Shown: one piece after another, positions 17,215-26,442 of the stretch
Layout: every line of letters begins with the position of its first letter
Numbering within the stretch: position 1 is the stretch's first letter
Sequence record: DRR723986_1789
Direction: 5' to 3' (one strand)
DNA length: 33,119 nucleotides
Position numbers and translations under genes: made by a program
The notes under the pieces: generated by a model
The model's input: only the letters and a program-made list of their open reading frames with translations
What the model was told of the DNA's origin: nothing
Database searches by the model: none

Positions 17215-18435
17215 CTATTTCGCTGCACCGGGGAGTTTGTGTCCCATCTTGTCGCGCTTCGTCTGAAGATAAGCTTCGTTGTGTGGGTTGGGTTCGCACA
17301 CGATCGGCACCTGGTCAACAACTTTCAGATCGAACCCACGCAGGTTGAACGCCTCGGTCTTCTTGGGGTTGTTGGTTAGAAGCCGAATCTCTTTCAGCCC
17401 CAGATCCTTCAAGATCTGAATGCCTATTCCATAGTCTCGCATGTCTGCCTTGAAGCCCAGTGCATGATTCGCCTCGACCGTATCCAGGCCCTCTTCCTGC
17501 AGTCCGTAGGCTTTCAGCTTTTGCGTCAGGCCGATCCCCCGGCCTTCCTGCGGCAGGTAAACCAGCGCACCGCGTTTCTCGGATGCAATCATCTGCAATG
17601 CATACTGAAGTTGGTCTCCGCAATCACATCGAAGCGACGCGATCAGATCCCCGGTGAAGCAACTGCTATGCATGCGAACAAGTGGAGCTTGTCCTTCGCT
17701 AGAGCTTAAGTCACCCATGAAGATGGCGATCGGCTCTTGGCTTTCAAATTGAACATCGAATGTCGCAATTCGGAACTCACCGAACCGAGTCGGCAGCTCA
17801 GCTTCGGCGGCGCGTGTTACCAGCTTTTCGTTTACGCGACGGTGTGCGATCAACTGCTCAATCGTGATGATCTCAAGATTATGCTTTTCTGCCAGAGCCA
17901 TTAATTCGTCGCGGGTCGCTCGGTCGCCTGTTTCGTCAAGAATCTCCGTCAGCGCTCCGGCAGGCGCAAGTCCGGCCATTCGTGGCAAATCAACGGCCGC
18001 CTCAGTGTGGCCAGCGCGGCGCAAAACGCCACCTTCCATTGCGACGAGCGGGTAAACGTGGCCCGGGCGAACAAAATCCTCGACAGACGACTCTGGATTG
18101 GCTAGCCGCCGAATCGTCTCAGCCCTTTCGGCAGCCGTGATACCAGTCTTGCTACCTTCGTGGTCGACAGGAGTCATAAACGCTGTACGGAGCGGCGCGT
18201 TGTTATTTTCGACGATCGGCCGTAGCTCAAGCCGTTCGCAAACGCTAGGCAGTACAGGGCAACAGAGCTGCCCGCGGCCAGACAGCATGAAATTGATCGT
18301 TTCCTCCGTTGCCAACTCCGCGGCACAAATGAAGTCGCCTTCATTCTCGCGGTCCTCAGCATCCAGAACGATGACGATTTCTCCGCGTCGAATAGCGTCT
18401 ACAGCAGCGCCAACCGTACTAAAGCCCTTAGCCAT
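17215..18435 (-). CDS. ribBA: Bifunctional DHBP synthase / GTP cyclohydrolase II
   Basis: RibB motifs DAEDRENEGD, RPGHVYPL, RRAGHTEAAVDL. RibA motifs RMHSSCFTGD, RCDCGDQL, QEGRGIGL, LLTNNP. ATG at 18435 chosen; the ORF track extends to a GTG at 18450. Confidence 0.97.
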   Translation of the reverse strand: MAKGFSTVGAAVDAIRRGEIVIVLDAEDRENEGDFICAAELATEETINFMLSGRGQLCCPVLPSVCERLELRPIVENNNAPLRTAFMTPVDHEGSKTGITAAERAETIRRLANPESSVEDFVRPGHVYPLVAMEGGVLRRAGHTEAAVDLPRMAGLAPAGALTEILDETGDRATRDELMALAEKHNLEIITIEQLIAHRRVNEKLVTRAAEAELPTRFGEFRIATFDVQFESQEPIAIFMGDLSSSEGQAPLVRMHSSCFTGDLIASLRCDCGDQLQYALQMIASEKRGALVYLPQEGRGIGLTQKLKAYGLQEEGLDTVEANHALGFKADMRDYGIGIQILKDLGLKEIRLLTNNPKKTEAFNLRGFDLKVVDQVPIVCEPNPHNEAYLQTKRDKMGHKLPGAAK

Positions 18436-18502
18436 CGATGTTTCTTTCACAGCCCATTTTGGTCAACAGATGCTCAAACGACCGTTCGAGCGCTATCTAT
18501 AA

Positions 18503-18511
18503 ACTATACCA
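18503..18511 (-). promoter_or_regulatory. Candidate extended -10 promoter element for ribBA
   Basis: Minus-strand TGGTATAGT (TGnTATAnT) about 70 nt upstream of the ribBA ATG. No clear -35. Confidence 0.3.
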
Positions 18512-18614
18512 CCGCTGTCTACGGAGAGAAGTCTTCCCGCTAAGCGGTTGACGGCACCGTAGATGCACTATCTCGAACCCACTATCTGTAAGCAGCAGTA
18601 ACCAGGGCCTGCAA

Positions 18615-19121
18615 TCAGCCTATAGAGTGAAACACCAGGTGCTTAATCTCAGGAACGATCAATCGCTCAACAGCCAGTGTTACGGCGGCCGTCGATCCGG
18701 GCAGGCAAAAAACGACTGACCGGTCAGCACGCCCTGCCATCGCCCGACTCAGCATCGCAGCGGTACCAATTTCTTCGAAGCTCAGCAGACGAAAGAGCTC
18801 ACCAAAGCCCGGCAGCGTCACGTCGAGCAAGGGACGAACAGCTTCGGGAGTGCAGTCGCGCCGAGCTATTCCTGTACCGCCGGTAATGATGACTGCGCCT
18901 ACCTTTGAGCGGATCAGCGGCAGCGTTGCGTCGGCAATTCGGTCCGGCTCATCAGGCACAATCGTCCGAGACGCTAACTGATGCCCAGCCGCCTGCATCA
19001 GTTCGACAATTCGATTACCGCTCTTGTCGGTTTCGAGCGTTCGCGAGTCGCTTACCGTAACGACCGCAAAGCTAACTTGATCAGGTGCCTGGCTACGATG
19101 CTCATCGGGCGAAGTGGACAC
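18615..19121 (-). CDS. moaB: MogA/MoaB family molybdenum cofactor biosynthesis protein
   Basis: VVTVSDSR...DKSG, IVPDE, ITGGTGIARRDCTPEA, LPGFGELFR, AMLSRA and FCLPGS motifs. GTG start 8 nt after the permease stop. Confidence 0.92.
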   Translation of the reverse strand: MSTSPDEHRSQAPDQVSFAVVTVSDSRTLETDKSGNRIVELMQAAGHQLASRTIVPDEPDRIADATLPLIRSKVGAVIITGGTGIARRDCTPEAVRPLLDVTLPGFGELFRLLSFEEIGTAAMLSRAMAGRADRSVVFCLPGSTAAVTLAVERLIVPEIKHLVFHSIG

Positions 19122-19129
19122 TGAACAAC

Positions 19130-20455
19130 CTACTCGTGGCGAAGCGCATCAATAGGGTTCATCTGGGCGGCACGGAACGCTGGGAACAAGCCGAACACAA
19201 CCCCGACGACCAATGAAATCCCAAACGCTATCGGAATGGAAATAGGCACGATGGTCGGTGTTACGTTACGAACAACATCAGGCAGGGCCTGCATGGTTTC
19301 GGGATACTTCCAAGAGACAAACTCGCGGATGCCAACAACCGCAGGCTCGCAGAAAATACCAGCCAAGATGCCAGTGATGCCACCAACAACGCTCAGCACG
19401 GCGGCTTCGACCAAGAACTGCGAAACAATATCACGCTGTTTTGCCCCGAGTGCACGGCGGACTCCGATTTCTCGCGTCCGTTCGGTTACGGTTGCCAACA
19501 TGATATTCATAATGCCAATTCCACCAACCAGCAATGAAATTGCCGCAACCAAGCCCATGAAGATCATGAACATGTTCCGCGTCGTCTCAGCTTGTTCGAG
19601 CAACTCCAGCGGCACGACCACTGCGACGTCTTCCATTTCATCGTGGCTGCTCAACGCACTTTGAATCAGCGAGGCAGTACTTTTCACTTCTTCAGTGCTA
19701 CCGACACGAACCGTTATTTGGTTCAGTTCAACAATTTCGCCTTCGAAGGATCCGCTACCGCGCCGAATCACGGTGTCGCCAATGCGTTGCTGAAGCGTCT
19801 TGATTGGAATGTAAATATCGTTCGAGAAGTCTTGCGAATCTAGAGAGCCGCCGACGGCCGCCGAAGCATTTCGGTGTTCTAAAACACCAACGACTCGGTA
19901 GAAATCGGTATGCTCAGGAATGTAGACGCGTTTGCCGAGCGGATCTTCATAAGGGAAGAGTCGGTCCGCAACTCGTGCGGCAAGTACGCAGCTCGTCTCG
20001 CGAAGAAAGTTCTCTGCGTCGGTAATGAAGTGGCCTCGCCGAACGTTCAGGCGGGTTAGCTCAGCGTACTCTGGTGTGCATCCCACCAAGCGACCGTCGA
20101 CCATACGATCTTCGTACTGGAATTGTCGCCGAATTTCGCGAATTGGAATGGCACTCTTGATCGTCGGGATGGTCCGCTGAAGCATCTCGAACTCGGCCCG
20201 CGTCAATCCGAATGGAACCGCACCTCGGGTTCCGGCGGTCTTCTCACTCGGCGGTTTGACGGACCGAATCATTATCGTGTCCGCACCGAGGCTCTCGATC
20301 TGCCGCCGTGCCTCGATGCTGATTCCTTCGCTGATGGCGAGCAGCCAAATAACGCTCGCGACACCGATGAAAATCCCCAGTACGGTCAGCAGCGATCGCA
20401 GAGGGTGAAGCAGAAGGCTTTTCACGCCAAGTGTTAGGGTTCGTAGCCAGAGCAT
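19130..20455 (-). CDS. MacB/FtsX-family ABC transporter permease
   Basis: LRSLLTVLGIFIGVASVI, large periplasmic domain, ISLLVGGIGIMNIMLATVTERTREIGVRRALGA, FPAFRAAQMNPIDALRHE. Confidence 0.95.
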   Translation of the reverse strand: MLWLRTLTLGVKSLLLHPLRSLLTVLGIFIGVASVIWLLAISEGISIEARRQIESLGADTIMIRSVKPPSEKTAGTRGAVPFGLTRAEFEMLQRTIPTIKSAIPIREIRRQFQYEDRMVDGRLVGCTPEYAELTRLNVRRGHFITDAENFLRETSCVLAARVADRLFPYEDPLGKRVYIPEHTDFYRVVGVLEHRNASAAVGGSLDSQDFSNDIYIPIKTLQQRIGDTVIRRGSGSFEGEIVELNQITVRVGSTEEVKSTASLIQSALSSHDEMEDVAVVVPLELLEQAETTRNMFMIFMGLVAAISLLVGGIGIMNIMLATVTERTREIGVRRALGAKQRDIVSQFLVEAAVLSVVGGITGILAGIFCEPAVVGIREFVSWKYPETMQALPDVVRNVTPTIVPISIPIAFGISLVVGVVFGLFPAFRAAQMNPIDALRHE

Positions 20456-20464
20456 GTGATACCT

Positions 20465-21226
20465 CTACGAAGAAATCGCTACAGTGGTACTGTCTTTCGG
20501 GATCAGTTCAAGCGCCTTCTTGGCAGCGGCCATTCGCTCTTCCGGATCATTCTGAACGTCGGATTGAAGCAATCCATCACGCAGGCGAACAACACGTTTC
20601 GCTCGGCACGCAACTTCGTCTTCGTGGGTAACCATGATGATGGTCCGCCCTTCACCGTTGAGCTCGTCAAACAGAGCCAAGATCTCGGCCGTGGTTTTCG
20701 AGTCAAGGTTTCCCGTCGCTTCGTCAGCGAGAATAAAGTAAGGGTCGTTCACCAAGCTTCGTGCAATGGCGACACGCTGTTGTTGACCACCAGAGAGCTG
20801 CATTGGCCGGTGCGTCAAACGCTCTGCTAAGCCAACTCTTTCAGCCAGTTCGATACAGCGACTGCGTTCCTTCGGGCCAAGGCGTCCTTGGTAGTACAGA
20901 GGCACTTGGATGTTTTCGACGACCGTTAGTTGCTGAATCAGATTGTATGACTGAAAGACGAAACCGATCCGAGTCGAGCGGATATCGGCCAATTGGTCAT
21001 CACTCATCTCAGCAACATTGTCTTCGCCCAGCAGGAGTTCTCCAGAGGACGGTTGGTCGAGGCATCCAAGAAGGTTCAGCAGTGTACTCTTACCAGAACC
21101 GGAGGGTCCCATGATCGCGACATAGTCACCCTCAGGCACGTCGAAGGAAACCCCTCGCAGAGCGCGAACGGTCTCACTCTTGAGCACATACTCTTTGGTT
21201 AGATTGCGGATCGAACAAGCGTGCAC
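20465..21226 (-). CDS. MacB/LolD-like ABC transporter ATP-binding protein
   Basis: Walker A GPSGSGKST, Q-loop GFVFQ, signature LSGGQQQRV, Walker B ILADE, H-loop VTHE. GTG start. Confidence 0.95.
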   Translation of the reverse strand: MHACSIRNLTKEYVLKSETVRALRGVSFDVPEGDYVAIMGPSGSGKSTLLNLLGCLDQPSSGELLLGEDNVAEMSDDQLADIRSTRIGFVFQSYNLIQQLTVVENIQVPLYYQGRLGPKERSRCIELAERVGLAERLTHRPMQLSGGQQQRVAIARSLVNDPYFILADEATGNLDSKTTAEILALFDELNGEGRTIIMVTHEDEVACRAKRVVRLRDGLLQSDVQNDPEERMAAAKKALELIPKDSTTVAISS

Positions 21227-21266
21227 GATGGAAACTTTCTTCAGGAACTAGAGCCGGGATGCGGAG

Positions 21267-21321
21267 CACCGGAATCTTGCGAATTTGCATTCTTGCGAAT
21301 GAACAAATTCGCGTTCCGGTG
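21267..21321. other. 55-nt intercistronic stem-loop between the adaptor and ATPase genes
   Basis: CACCGGAA/TTCCGGTG, GCGAATTTG/CAAATTCGC and CATTC/GAATG pair in nested fashion around a 4-nt loop. No U tract. Confidence 0.7.
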
Positions 21322-21332
21322 AATGGGGAAGC

Positions 21333-23135
21333 CTATCGCGGAGGCCCGCCGCCCGGACGTCCACCGCCCCCACCCATCGAGCTCATCGCCTTGGTCATCT
21401 CAGCCTTACTGACGGCACCATCACCGTCGGTGTCCGCTTTTCCAAAGCCTGAGGCCATCGGTCCGCTCAAAGCACTCTTCTCGCTGGCGTCAATTTTGCC
21501 ATCGCTGTTTGAATCGTACTTCTCAAAGATCTTGCCGACGATTGCAGCAGGGTTGAATCCACCACCGCCACCTGGAGGTCCACCTGCTCCGCCGCCAGGA
21601 CGCCCACCCGCTGGAGGCCCGCCTGCAGACTTTCCTGGGCCATCAACGGTTTCCTTGGCCGCCGCATCTCTGCCCATCTCAGCCAGCTTCTCGCGGTCGG
21701 TCACTTCTTCGATTTCAGGAAATTCCATTAAATCGAGGTGACGTCGTGGGTTGAGTACGATTTGGTCACCTTCCTCGAGGCCTGACTTGATCGTCACGTC
21801 CTCTTCATTGGTAGCACCAATTTCAACTTCGACAGTCTCGAACTTCGACTCACCCATTCGTGCAAGACAGAAGTGCCGTCCCTTGTATTCATAGATCCCA
21901 TGGACCGGAATTTGGACAGCGTCTTCAAGTTGTTCGACGTAAATCCGAACTTCGGCGGTCATCCCTGTCCGAATAACCTCGGGCGGATCAATGATCTCAA
22001 TATAAGTTGCATACTCTTTGACACTCGAGGAAAACCAACTGCCGGGTTCAGCATACTTGTTGACCCGCATGACACGAGCCAACATCTCGTTGGGAGCCGC
22101 AGTAACCTTGACCTTCGACGGCATTCCTTGGCTGATCAGTGTGATTCGCGATTCGTTGACCTTTGCTTTGACCTGCATCTTTGTCGGGTCGGGCAGCTTG
22201 ATGATCGTCTGGCGTTCGCGAACGATCGCCCCCTCTTCGACAACGAACTCAGCACCACCTCGACTGCTGAACGAATTGTTGTGAACGACAACACCTTCGG
22301 CTGGGGACAGGATGACACACTTGGCGATTTGGTCTTCGATCTCTTGTAGCTTCTCTTGTTCTTCTGCGAGAACGCTCTTGTCACTCTCCAGCCGAGCCTT
22401 TGCGGTTTCAATTTCGGCCTTGAACTGCACTTCATTTTTCACTCGAGTGAATTTCTCGAGGACTCGCAGTTTGTCTCTGGCGGCATCAAGAATGTTCTTG
22501 GCGTTCTGGACCGCGAACTCTTCTGCTTCGATCTGAAGCTTCTTGACGACTCCCTTGGCTGCCAGCCGTTGTGCCGACGCAAGCTTTTGTTCAGACTTAA
22601 CCAGTTCTTGATTGGCGACGAAGATCTCGCCTTCGATGGCAGACTTCTCTTGGTTGTAGGTGCCTTCGATGTATTCCTGGAGTGCGATCTCAGCAGTCCG
22701 AACGGCAGCTTCGGAGCTAATCACGAGAGCTTCGGCACTCGATACGCCGATGCGCTGCTGCTTTAGTTCATTCTCGAGCTGGGACGCATCAAGTTCGACA
22801 AGCTTGTCGCCCTCTTTGACGTAGCTTCCCTCTTCGATGACCCAGAGGATTGGTGTTCCACCGCTTCCGCGCGATTTCACCTCGCAAACGACATCGATAT
22901 TACTGCTACTTTCGACTTCCCCTTGCTCGAGCACAATGTGGTCGAATGGACCGCGTGTAACCGTGTCGAAGACCATCTCTTCCTCAACACTGCTCGATGA
23001 GCCGGACAGGTACTGAAGGGCCGCATATGCGCCGCCAGCGACGACGATTAAGCCGATGACGAGCAGTACAACAACGTTGCCAGCACGTCGCCCTTTCGCT
23101 TCGGTGTTCTGACGGTTTTCAAGCCGAGTGGGCAT
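21333..23135 (-). CDS. MacA-type periplasmic adaptor subunit with C-terminal EF-hand pair
   Basis: N-terminal TM anchor, lipoyl half (EEGSYVKEGDKLVELD), long coiled coil, SPAEGVV and IRTGMTAEV barrel. Gly/Pro linker, then DSNSDGKIDASE and DTDGDGAVSKAE EF-hand loops. AGGAG RBS. Confidence 0.92.
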   Translation of the reverse strand: MPTRLENRQNTEAKGRRAGNVVVLLVIGLIVVAGGAYAALQYLSGSSSSVEEEMVFDTVTRGPFDHIVLEQGEVESSSNIDVVCEVKSRGSGGTPILWVIEEGSYVKEGDKLVELDASQLENELKQQRIGVSSAEALVISSEAAVRTAEIALQEYIEGTYNQEKSAIEGEIFVANQELVKSEQKLASAQRLAAKGVVKKLQIEAEEFAVQNAKNILDAARDKLRVLEKFTRVKNEVQFKAEIETAKARLESDKSVLAEEQEKLQEIEDQIAKCVILSPAEGVVVHNNSFSSRGGAEFVVEEGAIVRERQTIIKLPDPTKMQVKAKVNESRITLISQGMPSKVKVTAAPNEMLARVMRVNKYAEPGSWFSSSVKEYATYIEIIDPPEVIRTGMTAEVRIYVEQLEDAVQIPVHGIYEYKGRHFCLARMGESKFETVEVEIGATNEEDVTIKSGLEEGDQIVLNPRRHLDLMEFPEIEEVTDREKLAEMGRDAAAKETVDGPGKSAGGPPAGGRPGGGAGGPPGGGGGFNPAAIVGKIFEKYDSNSDGKIDASEKSALSGPMASGFGKADTDGDGAVSKAEMTKAMSSMGGGGGRPGGGPPR

Positions 23136-23583
23136 GTTGGGCTCCTAAAAGGACTCGTGCCTTAGGGAAAGGCGGGTGATTTGCTATTGGGGAAGGGGCC
23201 GCGAGTCAATCGCCGTCTAGTTCGACACGCTAGTTAGCGAGGTGGGCGAACCGACGATTGTCAGCAAGGTGGGAAGTAAAATGCTCGCGTTTCTATCTTA
23301 ATCGCCGAGGGCTATATCAAAACCCTCAGAAGAGGTTGCTCGACTGGAAACCCAGCGGACAAACACTTCTAAACCGGTAACTGCAGCCCAACGCCGTGAC
23401 TGTAGTACTCCGGAACTATATCTAACCATCAACTCCGCAGTAAGTTTCGTCTCAAAATGGTCCAAACAAATAGGTTTTTCGATATCGGAACCAGTTTGGC
23501 CAGGGCAAAACGCCTTGGTCACGGAGGCTGACAAAGTTGCAAACACTCTGCAAATATACCGCTGCGACGGAAAATCACTTAGC

Positions 23584-23600
23584 CGTGTCCTAACGTGTCC
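23584..23600. promoter_or_regulatory. Direct repeat CGTGTCC-N3-CGTGTCC, candidate regulator site
   Basis: Perfect 7-mer repeated at 10-bp spacing, about 75 nt upstream of the 23675 ATG in a divergent promoter region. Confidence 0.35.
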
Positions 23601-23674
23601 GCTTGCCCGCGATTGTACCTATACCGAGGCAAACGCCCCTGAAATTCCCGGCAAACTAAACAGGAAATACAATC

Positions 23675-24019
23675 ATGGCTAAGTACTACGTTCAATCAGG
23701 CAATTTCCGCTCCATCATTACCGCTGATGACGCTGAAAAAGCAGCCATTTGGGTGGTGCATCGCACGATGGAACAGATCTTGCCTATCTACAGCGACTCC
23801 GCTGCCTCGTCGATTGAGAGCGAGGCGTTCCCGGAAGCCAACACCGCGACCGAGCCCGCCACAGAACTAAAATGCCTTGGCAGTTCCATTCGAGTTAGCG
23901 AGCTGGGCTTTGATACGGCCGCCGAGGACGAATCTGCCCGTGATTTTGATAGCTTCGAACTGGTCTGCCAATGGAACCAGCTCATGGTCGCCCTAGATCG
24001 ACTCGCGGCGTTAATCTAA
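23675..24019 (+). CDS. Small hypothetical protein (MAKYYVQSG-type)
   Basis: 114-aa ORF with AGGA RBS, acidic composition, structured-looking N-terminus (MAKYYVQSGNFRSII) and C-terminus (IRVSELGFD...WNQLMVALDRL). Confidence 0.75.
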   Translation: MAKYYVQSGNFRSIITADDAEKAAIWVVHRTMEQILPIYSDSAASSIESEAFPEANTATEPATELKCLGSSIRVSELGFDTAAEDESARDFDSFELVCQWNQLMVALDRLAALI

Positions 24020-24119
24020 GCAGCCCTGCTCTGAGAAGTGGTGCTCTAAGAAAGTGGCGCCGTTCGAGTAAACGCTCTAGCTCCACCGGTCCTTCGCAAA
24101 TCTACCTGCCGGGAATCAA

Positions 24120-25739
24120 CTACTCATCAGAAATCGGACCGGTTGCGTGTTCCCAGTCCGAATCTGGCCCAAGTGCACTCGCGGGCCAGTTCTGATAACA
24201 AGTCGGGCGGATGAAGCGTTCCAGACTAGCGTAGCCGACCGACGTACTGCGGCTATCAAAACTAGCCGGGAAAGGCCCTCCGTGATGAGTGGCTGGGCCA
24301 ATCTCCATCCCAGTTGGCCAGCTATCACGAATGATCCGCCCAGCAAAACGTTCCGCAATCGCCAACCACAGATTGACCGTCGACGCATCTTTCTGTTCGT
24401 GAGCGTGCAAAGTTGTCGTTAGCGAACCGGTGAAGTGCTTTGCGATCGACAACCACTCGTCTTCATCATCGCAGCGGACGACCGTCGAAACCGGGCCGAA
24501 CGTCTCGCAGTGAAGCCAATCTGCTTCCATCGCCACCTTGGCCGACATGCTAAATAATTGCGGACCGCGATGAAGCGGTCCCGGCGTGCCGAGATCACCT
24601 TGGTACACAGACTGAACATCGGTTGCACCCCGAAGCTTCTCGGTTCCCCTATCAAAATCCTCCGCAATCCTTGGACCAAGCACCGGGAGCGGCTCGAAAT
24701 CAGCTAGCCGGCCCGCGATCGCCTTTTCAAATTCGCTCGCATGCGTATCTGGAACGACCAAGATACTTGGCTTGGTGCACAACTGACCATTGCCAAACCG
24801 TAGTGATCCACAGAAGCCCTCCGCAATCTCTTCAAGTCGCTGATCTAAGGCTGCAGCAGTGATGAAGACAGGGTTCGTGCTTCCCAGTTCTGCGAACAAA
24901 GGAACGGGTTGCGGTCGGTCGAGTAGGGCGACCGCGATCGCTCTCCCGCCTGCGGGACTTCCAGTAAACCCGACTGCGGCGATAAAGCGGCTCTGAACGA
25001 GGCGCACGGACGTCTCGGGCGCAACACCATGCAATAGCGAGAACAACCCTTCGGGCAATCCCAACTCCTGCACGTGCTTGGCGACGATCTCACCAAGCAA
25101 CTGGCAGGTCCCTGGATGGCCCGGATGTGCCTTCACGATGACCGGACATCCCACCGCAATTGCGGAAACGAAATCATTCCCAACTACGGATATCGCGAGC
25201 GGGAAATTGCATGCCCCGAACACAGCAACTGGACCAACAGGCAGCATGCGTCGCCGCAGCTCTTGTCGCGGCAATGGCGTTCGCGCTGGATCGGCCGGAT
25301 CAATCTGACGCACATCCCAGGTGCGTCTTTCTGCTAGTTGTGCAAAAAGCCTCAGTTGCCCTGTCGCCCGAGCGAACTCGCCCTCAACGCGTTGCGCAAC
25401 GTAGCCTGTTTCGCGACCACATCGATCCAAGATCTCATCGCGTCGCGAATCCATCTCGGCCGCAACGGCGTTCAGCAATTGCCCTTTCCAGTTGTCTCTG
25501 CGGTGTTGCAACTGCAGAAAGGCTTCATTGGCCAATTCGCACGCACGACCGATCTGCTCCGCGTCGGCGTCGGCGAAACCGCCTGCCAGGGTATCTCCCG
25601 TGGCCGCCTCTACTGCACTAAAACTGCGACTACCGCTTGCTGAAGCTGGACGGGTTACACGTTCTCCTGCGATCACGCCACAAAAGTCCTGCTGATCTTT
25701 CGCGTCAAACATCATTCGTCGACTCGTTGCTGAAACCAT
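24120..25739 (-). CDS. Aldehyde dehydrogenase, alpha-ketoglutaric semialdehyde dehydrogenase (KGSADH)-like
   Basis: PVGPVAVFGACNFPLA, KAHPGHPGT, GFTGSPAGG, catalytic Glu in FAELGSTNP, catalytic Cys in GQLCTKP, ETFGP, HGGPFPAS.D.R.TSVG and RF.RP.CYQN. The true start may be about 8 codons downstream. Confidence 0.92.
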   Translation of the reverse strand: MVSATSRRMMFDAKDQQDFCGVIAGERVTRPASASGSRSFSAVEAATGDTLAGGFADADAEQIGRACELANEAFLQLQHRRDNWKGQLLNAVAAEMDSRRDEILDRCGRETGYVAQRVEGEFARATGQLRLFAQLAERRTWDVRQIDPADPARTPLPRQELRRRMLPVGPVAVFGACNFPLAISVVGNDFVSAIAVGCPVIVKAHPGHPGTCQLLGEIVAKHVQELGLPEGLFSLLHGVAPETSVRLVQSRFIAAVGFTGSPAGGRAIAVALLDRPQPVPLFAELGSTNPVFITAAALDQRLEEIAEGFCGSLRFGNGQLCTKPSILVVPDTHASEFEKAIAGRLADFEPLPVLGPRIAEDFDRGTEKLRGATDVQSVYQGDLGTPGPLHRGPQLFSMSAKVAMEADWLHCETFGPVSTVVRCDDEDEWLSIAKHFTGSLTTTLHAHEQKDASTVNLWLAIAERFAGRIIRDSWPTGMEIGPATHHGGPFPASFDSRSTSVGYASLERFIRPTCYQNWPASALGPDSDWEHATGPISDE

Positions 25740-26028
25740 TGAACTAGTTCCACTTCGCCCGAGGGCTCGCGGCTGCCCTAGTGGAACACGGTTGAGACAT
25801 TCACTCTACAGCATTCAAGACGCGAAAAGGCGAACAGCCGCGGAATGATCCTGACAATCGTCAAAGTCCGTTCGCTGGCTGATTCATTTGACCGCCATCT
25901 AAGCTTGGCTCGCCACGGTTAAGGTGCCTGCCAACCTACGTTTGCCCAGCTCGGCACAGGAGATCCGATACTCGGCGATTCAGTGCTCAGATGAATAAGC
26001 GTCGTTGCCCAGGCGCACCTAGACTAAC

Positions 26029-26430
26029 ATGGGTGATAACATGAATTTGATCAGCAAACGACTGTACATGAATGCGACACGCCTTGCCTCGAAATTGCCG
26101 ATTCGGCTATGGGCGGGCTTTGAAGCGACTCCTGGGCTGCAGTGGGTTAGCCAACCGTTTCGATACGAAATCTGGAGCGAAACACACAAGTGGCTGCTCC
26201 GCCGTGACCCTCGCTACGCGCTGCAGAACGACCGATTCCATATACAAGTAGCTGCAACGTGGGTCGTCGCGCTTCTCATGTTCTACGCATTCACCAGCTC
26301 AGCTACGGTCGCGCAGTCCTGGGCCTTAGCCGCCGCGGCCGCCTCGACGCTAGGATTCTTCGTTTTTAAAGCGGAACAGCGTCGACGCAATCAGGCCATC
26401 GGTAACGCTCTGCTGAAGCACTTTGGATAG
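26029..26430 (+). CDS. Small hypothetical membrane protein
   Basis: 133-aa ORF with two hydrophobic helices (VAATWVVALLMFYAF and WALAAAAASTLGFFVF) followed by a basic tail. It fills the gap between neighbouring genes. Start uncertain. Confidence 0.55.
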   Translation: MGDNMNLISKRLYMNATRLASKLPIRLWAGFEATPGLQWVSQPFRYEIWSETHKWLLRRDPRYALQNDRFHIQVAATWVVALLMFYAFTSSATVAQSWALAAAAASTLGFFVFKAEQRRRNQAIGNALLKHFG

Positions 26431-26442
26431 CGAGTCCCGGCC

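Noticed and set aside
18436-18614. Possible FMN riboswitch upstream of ribBA
   Set aside because: No RFN consensus (AGGGCnGGGTGAAATTCCC...ACCGGCGGT) is present on the coding strand.
24027-24057. Tandem TGCTCTGAGAAGTGG / TGCTCTAAGAAAGTGG duplication between convergent genes
   Set aside because: A two-copy short duplication with no spacers or other structure. Not CRISPR-like.
25747-25787. Inverted repeat GTTCCACT...AGTGGAAC just upstream of the aldehyde dehydrogenase ORF
   Set aside because: An 8-bp arm with a long spacer could arise by chance, and the uncertain start codon prevents a regulatory interpretation.
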